A DNA stretch of 64,000 bases from an uncultured delta proteobacterium (GTDB taxonomy: Bacteria > Myxococcota > Myxococcia > Myxococcales > Anaeromyxobacteraceae): positions 32,001 to 96,000 of the forward strand of contig CAWJSR010000002.1 of assembly GCA_963845515.1 (NCBI GenBank), written 5' to 3'. The stretch's first letter is position 1; each line of letters begins with the position of its first letter. A program made the translations under genes and the position numbers. The notes beneath the pieces were generated by a model. The model had not been told where the DNA came from. It made no database searches and saw only the letters and a program-made list of their open reading frames with translations. Of this stretch, positions 1-9,082 are shown one piece after another.

Positions 1-610
1 CTACGGCGTCCCGCGGCGGCAGGTGGAGGAGACGCTGAGGGAGCTCGTCGACCTGCTCGAGATCGGCGACCTCATCGGCAAGCCGACGCGCCAGCTCTCG
101 CTGGGCGAGCGGATGAAGTGCGAGCTGGCGGCCGCGCTCCTCCACCGGCCGAAGGTCCTCTTCCTGGACGAGCCGACCATCGGGCTCGACGTCTCGATGC
201 AGGCGACCGTCCGGCAGTTCGTGAAGGCCTACAACGAGCGGTTCGGCGCGACGGTGCTCCTCACGAGCCACTACATGGAGGACGTCGTCCAGCTCTGCCC
301 GCGCGTCATCGTCATCGACCGCGGCCGGCTCCTCTACGACGGCGACCTGAAGGCGCTCTCCCACCGCGTCCGGCCCGACAAGCGGATCCGGGTGAGGGTG
401 GCGAACGGCGGGGGGGACGATCTCGGCCGCTTCGGCGCCGTCGTCTCCCGCGACGACGGCGCGGTCACCTTCCAGGTGCCCGCCGACCAGGTCTCTGCGG
501 CGGTGGCCCGGATCCTCGGAGAGCTGACCGTCACCGACCTGACGGTGGAGGACCCGCCGCTCGAGGAGGTCATGTCCGAGCTCTTCCGGTCGGCGCGGGC
601 GGGCGGCTAG
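1..610 (+). CDS. ABC transporter ATP-binding protein (5' truncated), family usually paired with ABC-2/DUF990-type permeases
   Basis: Signature-like QLSLGERMKCELAAALLH, Walker B VLFLDEPTIGLD, H-loop LLTSHYM; frame is open to the window edge. Confidence 0.9.
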   Translation, partial: YGVPRRQVEETLRELVDLLEIGDLIGKPTRQLSLGERMKCELAAALLHRPKVLFLDEPTIGLDVSMQATVRQFVKAYNERFGATVLLTSHYMEDVVQLCPRVIVIDRGRLLYDGDLKALSHRVRPDKRIRVRVANGGGDDLGRFGAVVSRDDGAVTFQVPADQVSAAVARILGELTVTDLTVEDPPLEEVMSELFRSARAGG

Positions 611-644
611 CGCCGGTCGCACCGCCTCCGCGAGCCGAGCGGCC

Positions 645-1833
645 TCACCGATCGAAGAGCAGCTTCCCGCTCTCGAAGAGCTTCACGGTCAGGAGGAGCA
701 CGAGCACGGCGACGAGCAGGCTCGCCCCGGCCGCCGAGAGGTACGCGCCGAGCCCCACCGCCTCGCCGCGGACGAGCCGCGACATGATCACCTGCTCGGC
801 GAGGAACGGGGTCGCCTGCATCCACGCCTGGGGCTTCACGGGCGACAGCGCGAGCAGGACGCCGGGGACGGCCGGCACGAGCATCAGGAGCGAGATCGTG
901 GTCTGGGCCTGCCGGAAGTTGCGCGCCCGCACCGCGACGAGCGCCATGAGCGCGTTCGCGAGGAGGAGCAGCGGCAGCGTGACCGCGAGCACCCTCAGGA
1001 GGACGCCGAGGTCGAGCCGGATGGCGAAGCCCAGCCGCTCCGGCGGCAGGAGCACCGGCAGGAAGCCGAACCCGACGACCGTCTCCGCGAGCGCGAGCGC
1101 GGAGAAGGCCCCCGCGGCGGCGGCCTTCCCGAGGACGAACGCGCCGCGAGGGACGGGGTTCACGAGGAGCGGCTCCAGCGACTGGCGCTCACGCTCCCCG
1201 GCGGTCGTGTCGATGGCCACGGCCATGCCCCCCATGAACATCGCCATGACGACGAAGTACGGGAGGATGGAGAGGAAGATGGCGGCGCGGCTCTCCGGCG
1301 TCGCGAGGTCCACGGTCTCGACCGCGAGCGGCTCGATCACCACCGGGTGGATGCCGCGGGCGACGAGCCGCTGCGCCGCGGCCTGGCGTCCCCACGCGTC
1401 GAGGCGGGCGCGCACCGCCGCGATGACCGCGGCCGACTGCTGGCGCGACTCGTCCACGACGAGCCGCACCGGGGCGGGCCGCCCCGCGCGCAGGGTCGGG
1501 CCGAACGCGGGCGGGATGACGAGGACCACGTCGACGTCACCGGCCCGCACCGCCGCCTCCGGATCGGCGGGCGCCGCCACGATCCGCGCCTCCGCGCCGA
1601 GGAAGGCGACGAGGTTGGGGGCGTGCTCCCGCGCCGGCCACGGGCAGCGTGATCCCCTCGCGCGCCACCTTCTGCATCGTCTGCGAGGCGTAGTGGAGCG
1701 CCACCGCGAGGGTCAGCGGCCCGAGGAGCGGGAAGAAGAGCGCCATGAGGAGCGTGCGCCGGTCACGGAGCCCGTCGGTGAGCTCCTTGCGGAAGACGAC
1801 GCGCGCCGGGCGCCAGGTGTCGCGGGTGATCAC
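645..1833 (-). CDS. ABC transporter permease (NatB-like), frameshift near 1625-1640
   Basis: N-terminus VFRKELTDGLRDRRTL (ORF 1537-1833) continues in ORF 645-1580 with TAGERERQSLEPLLVNPVPR..GK and several TM helices. Confidence 0.8.
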
Positions 1834-2561
1834 TCGAGCCCCTCCTCGGAGCCGATGGCCGCCACGAACGCGTCCTCCAGGCTCGCCTTCCCGGTCGCGC
1901 GGCGCAGCTCGTCGGGCGTCCCCTCCGCGACCACCTGGCCGCGCGCGATGACCACGACGCGGTCGCAGAGGGCAGAGACCTCCTGCATGACGTGGGACGA
2001 GAAGAGGACGCAGCGCCCCTCCTCGCGCAGCCGGAAGAGGAGCGCCCGGACCGCCCGCGTCGCCGCCACGTCGAGCCCGTTGGTCGGCTCGTCGAGCACG
2101 ACGTTGTGCGGGTCGTGGACGAGCGCGCGCGCGAGCGCCACCTTCACGCGCTGCCCCTGCGAGAAGCCCTCGGTGCGCCGGTCGGCGAACTCCTGCATCC
2201 CGAGCAGCTCGATCAGCGAGTCGGCCCGCGCCTCGGCGGTGGCGCGCGCCATCCCGTGGAGCTCGGCGAAGTAGTGGACGTGCTCGCGCGCGGTGAGCCG
2301 GGCGTAGAGCCCCTGCGCGTGCGGCAGGATCCCGAGCCGCCGCTGCGCGTCGATCCGGTCGGTCGCCAGGTCGACCCCGTCGACGTGGACGCGCCCGGCG
2401 TCGGGGACGATCACGCCGTAGATGGTCCGGAGCGCGGTCGTCTTCCCGGCGCCGTTCGGCCCGAGCAGCCCGGTGATCTGCCCGTTCCCGACCTCGAAGG
2501 AGACGCCGCGCAGCGCCTCCACCTTCCCGAAGGACTTCTTCACGCCCTCGAGGACGATCAC
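1830..2561 (-). CDS. ABC transporter ATP-binding protein (NatA-like)
   Basis: GTG start overlapping upstream stop; Walker A GPNGAGKT, FSQGQR, LDEPTNGLD, SSH. Confidence 0.9.
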   Translation of the reverse strand: MIVLEGVKKSFGKVEALRGVSFEVGNGQITGLLGPNGAGKTTALRTIYGVIVPDAGRVHVDGVDLATDRIDAQRRLGILPHAQGLYARLTAREHVHYFAELHGMARATAEARADSLIELLGMQEFADRRTEGFSQGQRVKVALARALVHDPHNVVLDEPTNGLDVAATRAVRALLFRLREEGRCVLFSSHVMQEVSALCDRVVVIARGQVVAEGTPDELRRATGKASLEDAFVAAIGSEEGLE

Positions 2562-4057
2562 GGCGCGCCCCCGAGGAGATCGACGAAGACCGGCGGCGGC
2601 AGGACCGCGGCGGCGCAGGAGGGATCCAGCCCGCCGGCGCTCCCGGCGTCGATGAAGTCGGCCACGAGCCGCGGGACGCACCCGCGCGAGAAGACCCCGT
2701 GCCCCTGCCCGGCGAGGACCACCTGGCGGGCCCCGGGGAGATCTCCCGCCAGCAGGTCGGCCCAGCGCGGCGGCGTCACCGGGTCTGCCTCGCCGGAGAG
2801 CAGGAGCGCCGGCACCCTGGAGCGCAGCGGCGCGCGCCACGCCGGCGGGGCGGGCGTGACCGGCCAGGCCGCGCAGACCTTCCGGAAGGCGTCCCTCACC
2901 GAGCGGCCCAGGAAGCGGCCCGCGTCCTCGCCCGAGGTGCTCGCGCCGGCGAAGGGCACGTCCTCCGCGCACAGGACCGAGAGCTGGAGCGGCCGCGAGA
3001 GGCCGGCCTCGAGGTCGGCCGTGGCCGCGACCCCTTGCGCCGCGAGCGGTCCAAGGTCCCCCGCGGCCGCCGCGTGCAGCATCGCCGGGAGGACCGCCGC
3101 GGTCTCGGCCTGGTAGAGGAACGCGCTCACCACCGCGCGGAGCTGATCGAGGCCGAAGGTGGCCTCGAGCGGCGCTCCGGTGACGGGGTGGCGGGTCCGG
3201 ACGCGCTCGGCGCGCCTGGCCAGGCGGTCGCCGAGCGCCCGGAGCTCGCCGGCGGGGTCCGGGAAGCTGCTGGCGCAGAGGGGGTCGGCGGCGCAGCGGG
3301 CGAAGAGCAGGTCGAGCGCGCGCTGCCCGTCCGCCTCGAAGGCGGAGCCTACGGCGAGCTGGAAGGGCACGACGCCGTCGAGGACCAGCGACCGGATCCG
3401 CGTGGGATGGCTGCGCGCCCAGGAGAGGGCCGCGCGAGTGCCGTAGCTGAAGCCGATCACGTTGGCGCGCTCGTAGCCGAGCGCCTCCCGGACGGCCTCC
3501 AGATCGGCGACGTAGTCGGCGGTCCCATAGCGGGAGAGGTCGACCTTCAGCGACCGGGCGCAGGCGCCGACGGCGGCGAGCTCCTTCGCGGGATCGTCCA
3601 GCACCCGCTCTGGCGCGTCGAGCGCCGGGCAGGCGAGCCGCCCGGAGCCCCCCGTGCCTCGCTGGTCGACGAGGACCAGCGCTCGCGCGCGTGCGATGCG
3701 GCCGAAGGCGGGGGCCAGCGCCGGGAAGGCGTCGCGGATCGACTGGCCCGGGCCGCCCGCGAGGACGAAGACCGGGTCGGGCTCGGCCTTCGGCGAGTCG
3801 GCGGCGATCACGGCGACGGCGAGCGCGATCTTCCGGCCGTTTGGGAGCGCGCGGTCCTCGGGCACCTCCAGCGTCCCGCAGCGCGCCGCCACGCGCGCGG
3901 GGGCGAGCGGGTGCGAGAGCTGGCAGGGGGAGAGCGCGAGGTCCGCGAGCGCCGCCGCCGGGGCGACGGCGACGATCGCGGCCGCCAACGCGGCCCCGTG
4001 GACCCTTCCCCTCTCCCTCAGTGAGGGAGAGGGACAGGGTGAGGGAGATCCAGGCAT
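2558..4057 (-). CDS. secreted alpha/beta hydrolase (TAP-like peptidase family)
   Basis: Ala-rich signal, LAGGPGQS, DQRGTGGS, nucleophile GFSYGT, LSGEADPVTP, GQGH; start at 4057 inferred. Confidence 0.8.
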   Translation of the reverse strand: MPGSPSPCPSPSLRERGRVHGAALAAAIVAVAPAAALADLALSPCQLSHPLAPARVAARCGTLEVPEDRALPNGRKIALAVAVIAADSPKAEPDPVFVLAGGPGQSIRDAFPALAPAFGRIARARALVLVDQRGTGGSGRLACPALDAPERVLDDPAKELAAVGACARSLKVDLSRYGTADYVADLEAVREALGYERANVIGFSYGTRAALSWARSHPTRIRSLVLDGVVPFQLAVGSAFEADGQRALDLLFARCAADPLCASSFPDPAGELRALGDRLARRAERVRTRHPVTGAPLEATFGLDQLRAVVSAFLYQAETAAVLPAMLHAAAAGDLGPLAAQGVAATADLEAGLSRPLQLSVLCAEDVPFAGASTSGEDAGRFLGRSVRDAFRKVCAAWPVTPAPPAWRAPLRSRVPALLLSGEADPVTPPRWADLLAGDLPGARQVVLAGQGHGVFSRGCVPRLVADFIDAGSAGGLDPSCAAAVLPPPVFVDLLGGAP

Positions 4058-4143
4058 GGCCCCCTCACCCCTCCCTCTCCCCCGGTGGGGGAGAGGGGAT
4101 GTCTTCGTCGGTGGTGGCCCTCTCCCCCGGTGGGGGAGAGGGG
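4009..4143. repeat. cluster of three REP-like palindromes (CCCTCTCCC...GGGAGAGGG +/- GGGTGAGGG tail)
   Basis: Hairpins at 4009-4033, 4073-4097 and 4118-4142; the last two share the 25-mer ccctctcccccggtgggggagaggg. Confidence 0.85.
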
Positions 4144-5359
4144 TTGGTTTGGATGGCGGGGAAGAGGCGGGAACGCCCGGCGGCACCGGCCGCCCGGCGC
4201 TGGCCACCATGCGGACCCGGCTCTCCGGCCCGAGCGCGATCCCGTCGCCGCGCGGCTCGCCTCCCGCGATCTCGATCACGTCGCCGCGGAGGAGCTTCTC
4301 GAAGCGTCGGTTCCCGTCGTTGACGTGCTTCTCCTGGAGCGCGAGCCCCATCCGCCCCTCGGGGCCGCAGCCCATGTAGCGCAGCCGCCCCTTCGACGGC
4401 AGCGGCTCGGAGACGATCCTGAAGGCGCGCTCCGCGGGCGGCGCGGCCCAGCCCTCCCCCTTCGGCGCGACGATGAGGTAGCTCATCTTCACCGCCTCGC
4501 GCCGGAGCCCGGCCGCCTTCGCGACCTGGGCGACGAGCGGGGGCGGCTCGACGGGCCGCTCGGCGTGGCACCAGTCGGTCTCCTTCACGAGCGCGGGGCA
4601 GGCGTCGCGGAAGAGGCATGGGGCCCGGATCGCGTAGCCGCGCGCGACCAGCAGGTCGCGGACCCTCAGCAGCGCGCGCGACGTGTCGCGCAGCGCCGGC
4701 TCGACGACGACTAGCGAGCCGCCCGGCGAGAGGAGGCCGAGCGCCTCCTCGAGCAGGTCGGCGCGGCGGGCGTCCATGGTGGGCTCGGCGTGGCCGCGGA
4801 AGAGCTCGTTGAGCGCGTGGCCCATCAACACGACGTCGAGCTTCCTGCCGCCGGCGAGCTCCGCGAGCGGCCGGCCGTGCGTGGGGTTCCACTCGCGCGT
4901 CGCGAGCGGCTCCCCCGCCTCGGTGGAGAGGCCGCGCGCGGCGGCGAGCGCCTTCGCAGAGCGGTCGGCAGCGATCACCTCGGCCGCGCCGGCGTCGAGC
5001 GCCGCGAAGGACATCGGCCCGGGGCCGCTCCCCAGGTCGAGCACCGAGCGCGGCCGGCGCGGCAGCTCCGAGAGGACGCCGCGCGCCTGGAGGTAGCTCG
5101 TGGGCCAGTAGAAGAGGAGGTACGCGCCGAGCAGCCGATCGTCGTCGAGGTAGCGGGCGCCGACGAGCTCCCGCTCGCGCGTGAGCCCCGTGGAGAGCCG
5201 CGTGACCGCGGCCGCGACCTCCCGAAGCTCGTCCGGCGTGAGCGCGTCGGTGGGCGGGCGCCCACCCTTGCGCGCCGGTCCGCGCCGCGAGGCGCGCCAG
5301 ACGGCGAGGAGGCGGGGGATCCAGGCGTCGAGGCCGGAGCTCGTGGCGGCGTGCTTCAT
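4060..5359 (-). CDS. Rsm22-like SAM-dependent methyltransferase (true stop uncertain; reads through into the hydrolase as assembled)
   Basis: AYLLFYWP, VLDLGSGPG, VVVEPA, APC..CP..WCH motifs typical of the Rsm22 family. Confidence 0.75.
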
Positions 5360-5401
5360 CGGGGAGCCCATTGTGCCACGCGCCCGGCCGCGGCGCCGGT
5401 G

Positions 5402-5431
5402 TTGACAATGCTTCTCAGTTTCGTTTAGCGT
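5402..5431 (+). promoter_or_regulatory. sigma70-type promoter overlapped by a Fur-box-like 7-1-7 inverted repeat
   Basis: TTGACA 5402-5407, TAGCGT 5426-5431; TGACAAT-G-CTTCTCA (5403-5417) matches 11 of 14 positions of TGATAAT-N-ATTATCA, directly upstream of the feo operon. Confidence 0.65.
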
Positions 5432-5438
5432 GCCCCGC

Positions 5439-6212
5439 ATGTTGAGAACGCTTCTCATCGTCCTCGGAGCCGCCGTCCCGCTCGCCACCCGCGCCGCCCA
5501 CCCGCTCGTCACCGACGACACCGGGACCCAGGGCGCGCGCCGCACGCAGCTGGAGCTCACGGCGGAGCTCGGCCAGGATCGCCCCGATCCGTCCGCCGTC
5601 GACGTCGGCGCCGCGGCGGCAGCGGCCATCGCCTTCGGCCTCGGCGATGCCATCGACCTCGTCATCGGCCTCCCCGTCGCGTGGAGCCGCAGCCGGCTCG
5701 GCGGCGACGTCGTGGCGGAGGCCGCCGGGACCGCCGACGGCCTCCTGGAGCTGAAGTGGCGCTTCCTCGAGCGAGGTGGCTTCAGCGCGGCGCTCAAGCC
5801 TGGCGTGACCCTGCCCACGGGCTCGGCGAGCCGGGGGCTAGGCACGGGGCGCCCAGGCTACGGCCTGGTGCTCGTCGCCTCCCAGGTGCTGGGCCCCGTC
5901 TCGGTGCACGTGAACGGCGGCTGGTCGCACGCCGAGCATGCGCTCCCCGCGGAGCACGCCGCGAGCCGGGGAGACGCCTGGCACGCGTCGGTCGCGGCGG
6001 CGGCCGAGGTGGCGACGGGGCTCCAGCTCGTCGCCAACCTCGGGGTCGACAGCCCGGCCGAGCGCGGCGTCACGGCCTGGCCGGCCTTCGCGCTCGCCGG
6101 GGCGATCTACGCGCTGAGCGACCGGCTCGACCTAGACGCCGGGGTGCGCGCAGCGCTCAACACGGCCGACACGGACCTGATGGTCCTCGCCGGCGCGGCT
6201 TACCGCTTCTGA
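5439..6212 (+). CDS. putative outer-membrane beta-barrel 'transporter' family protein
   Basis: Signal peptide, HPLVTDDTGTQG, alternating beta-strand pattern, KPGVTLPTG, C-terminal YRF. Confidence 0.65.
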   Translation: MLRTLLIVLGAAVPLATRAAHPLVTDDTGTQGARRTQLELTAELGQDRPDPSAVDVGAAAAAAIAFGLGDAIDLVIGLPVAWSRSRLGGDVVAEAAGTADGLLELKWRFLERGGFSAALKPGVTLPTGSASRGLGTGRPGYGLVLVASQVLGPVSVHVNGGWSHAEHALPAEHAASRGDAWHASVAAAAEVATGLQLVANLGVDSPAERGVTAWPAFALAGAIYALSDRLDLDAGVRAALNTADTDLMVLAGAAYRF

Positions 6213-6220
6213 GGAGACAG

Positions 6221-6448
6221 ATGGTTCCGCTCGGACTGCTGGGTGCTGGTGAGGAAGGCGTGATCGTCGCCGTGGGGGGCGTCTCCGGGGGCGCGGTCTC
6301 CGGGCGCGCCGAGGACATGGGGCTCCGGGTCGGGCGGCGGGTGCGGATGCTCACGAACGGCGTGGGGCCGGTGCTGGTGAAGGTGGACGAGTCACGCATC
6401 GCGCTCGATCGCGGCGCGGCCATGAGGATCAAGGTGAGGACCGAGTGA
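6221..6448 (+). CDS. feoA: FeoA domain protein
   Basis: [39 protein letters not shown] gaggag. Confidence 0.8.
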   Translation: MVPLGLLGAGEEGVIVAVGGVSGGAVSGRAEDMGLRVGRRVRMLTNGVGPVLVKVDESRIALDRGAAMRIKVRTE

Positions 6449-6450
6449 AC

Positions 6451-6678
6451 ATGAACCTGGCGGAGCTGGTGCCCGGAACCCGGGCGAAGGTGATCTCGAT
6501 CGGCGTCGTCGGCGCCATGAAGCGGCGGCTGATGGACATGGGCGTCGTCCCGGGAGAGGCGGTGCGGGTCGAGAAGGTCGCGCCGCTCGGGGATCCGATC
6601 GAGGTGACGATCAAGAGCTACAGCCTCTCGCTCCGCAAGAAGGAAGCGGAGGGGATCCTGGTGGAGGTGCTGACGTGA
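6451..6678 (+). CDS. feoA: FeoA domain protein
   Basis: [34 protein letters not shown]. Confidence 0.9.
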   Translation: MNLAELVPGTRAKVISIGVVGAMKRRLMDMGVVPGEAVRVEKVAPLGDPIEVTIKSYSLSLRKKEAEGILVEVLT

Positions 6679-8881
6679 GCGGCGCGACGGCGCTCGCCGC
6701 GCGCCCCCTCGCCGCCCGGCCGGTCACCATCGCGGTGGCGGGCAACCCCAACTCCGGCAAGTCCACCCTCATCAACGCCATCGCCGGCTCGCGGCTGCAC
6801 GTCGGCAACTGGCCGGGGGTGACGGTCGAGAAGAAGGAGGCCACCTTCGAGCACGCCGGGCGCACCGTGAGGCTGGTCGACCTGCCCGGGACCTACTCGC
6901 TCTCGCCCTACTCGCAGGAGGAGATCGTCGCGCGCGACTACCTCGCCCACGAGCGGCCGGACGTGGTCGTCAACGTGGTGGACGCGACGAACCTGGAGCG
7001 GAACCTCTACCTGACGGTCCAGCTCCTCGAGCTCGGCCTCCCGGTGGTGATCGCGCTCAACATCTTCGACGAGGCCCAGGCCAAGGGGTACCGCTTCGAC
7101 GTCCGCGGGATCGAGGATCGCCTCGGCGTCCCCGTCGTCCCGACGTCGGCCACCCGCGGGACCGGCCTGCAGCAGCTGCTCGACAGGGCCCTCTCACAGG
7201 CCGACGCCGGCGTCGGCGCGCAGGCGGCCCACGTCCGCTACGGCCCGGACCTCGAGGCCGCGATCGACGCCGTGTCGAGGGCCTTCGCCGACGCCCACCC
7301 CGAGCAGGCCGCCGCCTACCCGCGCAGGTGGCTCGCCCTCAAGCTGATCGAGGGGGACGCGCACCTCGCGGGCGAGACCGGGATCGACGCCGCGGCGCTG
7401 CTCGCGGAGCCGCTGCGCCACCTCCGGACGGCCCACGGCGAGGACGCCGAGGCGACCGTCGCCGAGGCGCGCCACGGCGTCGCGGCCGGCCTCACGCGCG
7501 AGGTGCTCCAGAAGCCGGCCATGCCGAAGCAGGAGCTGACCGAGCGGATCGACCGGATCGTGCTGAACCGCTTCCTCGGCATCCCGATCTTCCTGGCGGC
7601 GATGTGGCTCGTCTTCAAGCTGACCTTCGATCTCTCCACGCCCTTCGGCGACTGGATCGACGCGATCGCCAACGGGCCGCTCAAGCGCTGGGCCGCCGCG
7701 ATCCTCGGGGGGGTCGGCGCCCCGGACTGGACCATCTCGCTCGTCAACGACGGCATCATCTCGGGCGTGGGCTTCGTGCTCGTCTTCGTGCCGGTCATCT
7801 TCGCGATGATGTTCTTCATCACCTTCCTGGAGGGGAGCGGCTACATGGCGCGCGCCGCCTTCGTCATGGACAAGGCGATGCACGCGATGGGGCTTCACGG
7901 TAAGTCCTTCATCCCCATGATCCTCGGCTTCGGCTGCAACGTCCCGGGGATCTACGCGACCAGGACGCTCGAGAGCATGCGCGACCGGGTCCTCACCGCG
8001 CTCCTGATCCCGCTCATGTCCTGCGGCGCCCGGCTGCCGGTCTACGTCCTCTTCGTGGGCGTCTTCTTCCCCGGGCGCGCCGGGACCGTCATCTGGTCGC
8101 TCTACGTCGTCGGGATCGCGCTCGCCATCGTGATGGGCGTGATCTTCAAGAAGACGCTCTTCCGCGGAGACGCGCCGTCCTTCATCATGGAGCTGCCCCC
8201 CTACCGGATGCCGTCTCTGCGGAGCCTCGGCGTCCACACCTGGGAGAAGGGGAAGCACTTCCTCTTCAAGGCGGGCACGTACATCCTCGCGGTCTCGGTC
8301 TTCGTCTGGTTCCTGCTGAACCTGCCGTGGGGCGTCGAGAGCAAGCGCGACTCGTACCTCGGCCGCGCCGGGCAGGTGATGGCGCCTGCGCTCGCGCCGC
8401 TCGGCTTCGGCACCTGGGAGGCCGCCTCCGCGCTCATCACCGGCGTCATCGCCAAGGAGGTCGTGGTCGGGACGATGGGCGAGATCTACGCCCCCCAGCC
8501 CGCCACCGCGGCGGGCAGCCACCCACGCTGGGGGAGGATCTCCGGAACATCGTGGTCTCCTTCGCCGCGGCAGGGCGCGACTCGGTGCTCAACGTCGTCT
8601 CGACCTTCACGCCCACCGCCTTCGCGGTCGACATGGAGGCGGAGGCGGCGCCCACGCCGCTGAAGGGGGCGGTGGCGAAGGCCTTCACGCCGCTCACCGC
8701 CGTCGGGTTCATGATCTTCGTGCTGCTCTACATGCCGTGCGTCGTCGTCGCCATCGCCATGCGGCAGGAGTTCGGCGGCTGGAAGTGGTTCGGCGTCGCC
8801 TTCGCCTACCAGACCGTGCTCGCCTGGGGCATGGCGCTGCTCGTCTACCAGGGCGGCCGGCTCCTCGGCCTGGGAGGGTGA
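6675..8881 (+). CDS. feoB: ferrous iron transport protein B, frameshift near 8518
   Basis: [52 protein letters not shown]-terminus (LLYMPCV) lies in the 8327-8881 frame. Confidence 0.92.
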
Positions 8882-8882
8882 C

Positions 8883-9065
8883 ATGGGGCTCTTCGACGCG
8901 ACCATCGCAGCGGCGATCCTCGGCGGCGCCGCGTGGCTCCTCTACAGAACGCTCGTGAAGGGCGGGGGCTCGTGCGGCGGCTGCAGCCAGCGCGGGGCGT
9001 GCCACGCCCCCGGCCCTACGATCGTGAAGCTGGGCGGCCCCACCGGCGGGCGCTGCGAGCGGTGA
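8883..9065 (+). CDS. FeoB-associated Cys-rich small membrane protein
   Basis: One TM followed by GSCGGCSQRGACH, immediately after feoB. Confidence 0.75.
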   Translation: MGLFDATIAAAILGGAAWLLYRTLVKGGGSCGGCSQRGACHAPGPTIVKLGGPTGGRCER

Positions 9066-9082
9066 CGGCTCGGCGCTCCCGG

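Noticed and set aside
2558..5845. 1095-aa ORF suggesting an Rsm22 methyltransferase-hydrolase fusion
   Set aside because: The junction is REP-derived and an internal signal peptide follows. One extra base in the REP at about 4071 (two other copies have a 3-nt spacer there) would give an in-frame TGA just before GGGGGCC-ATG, so the fusion is likely an indel artefact.
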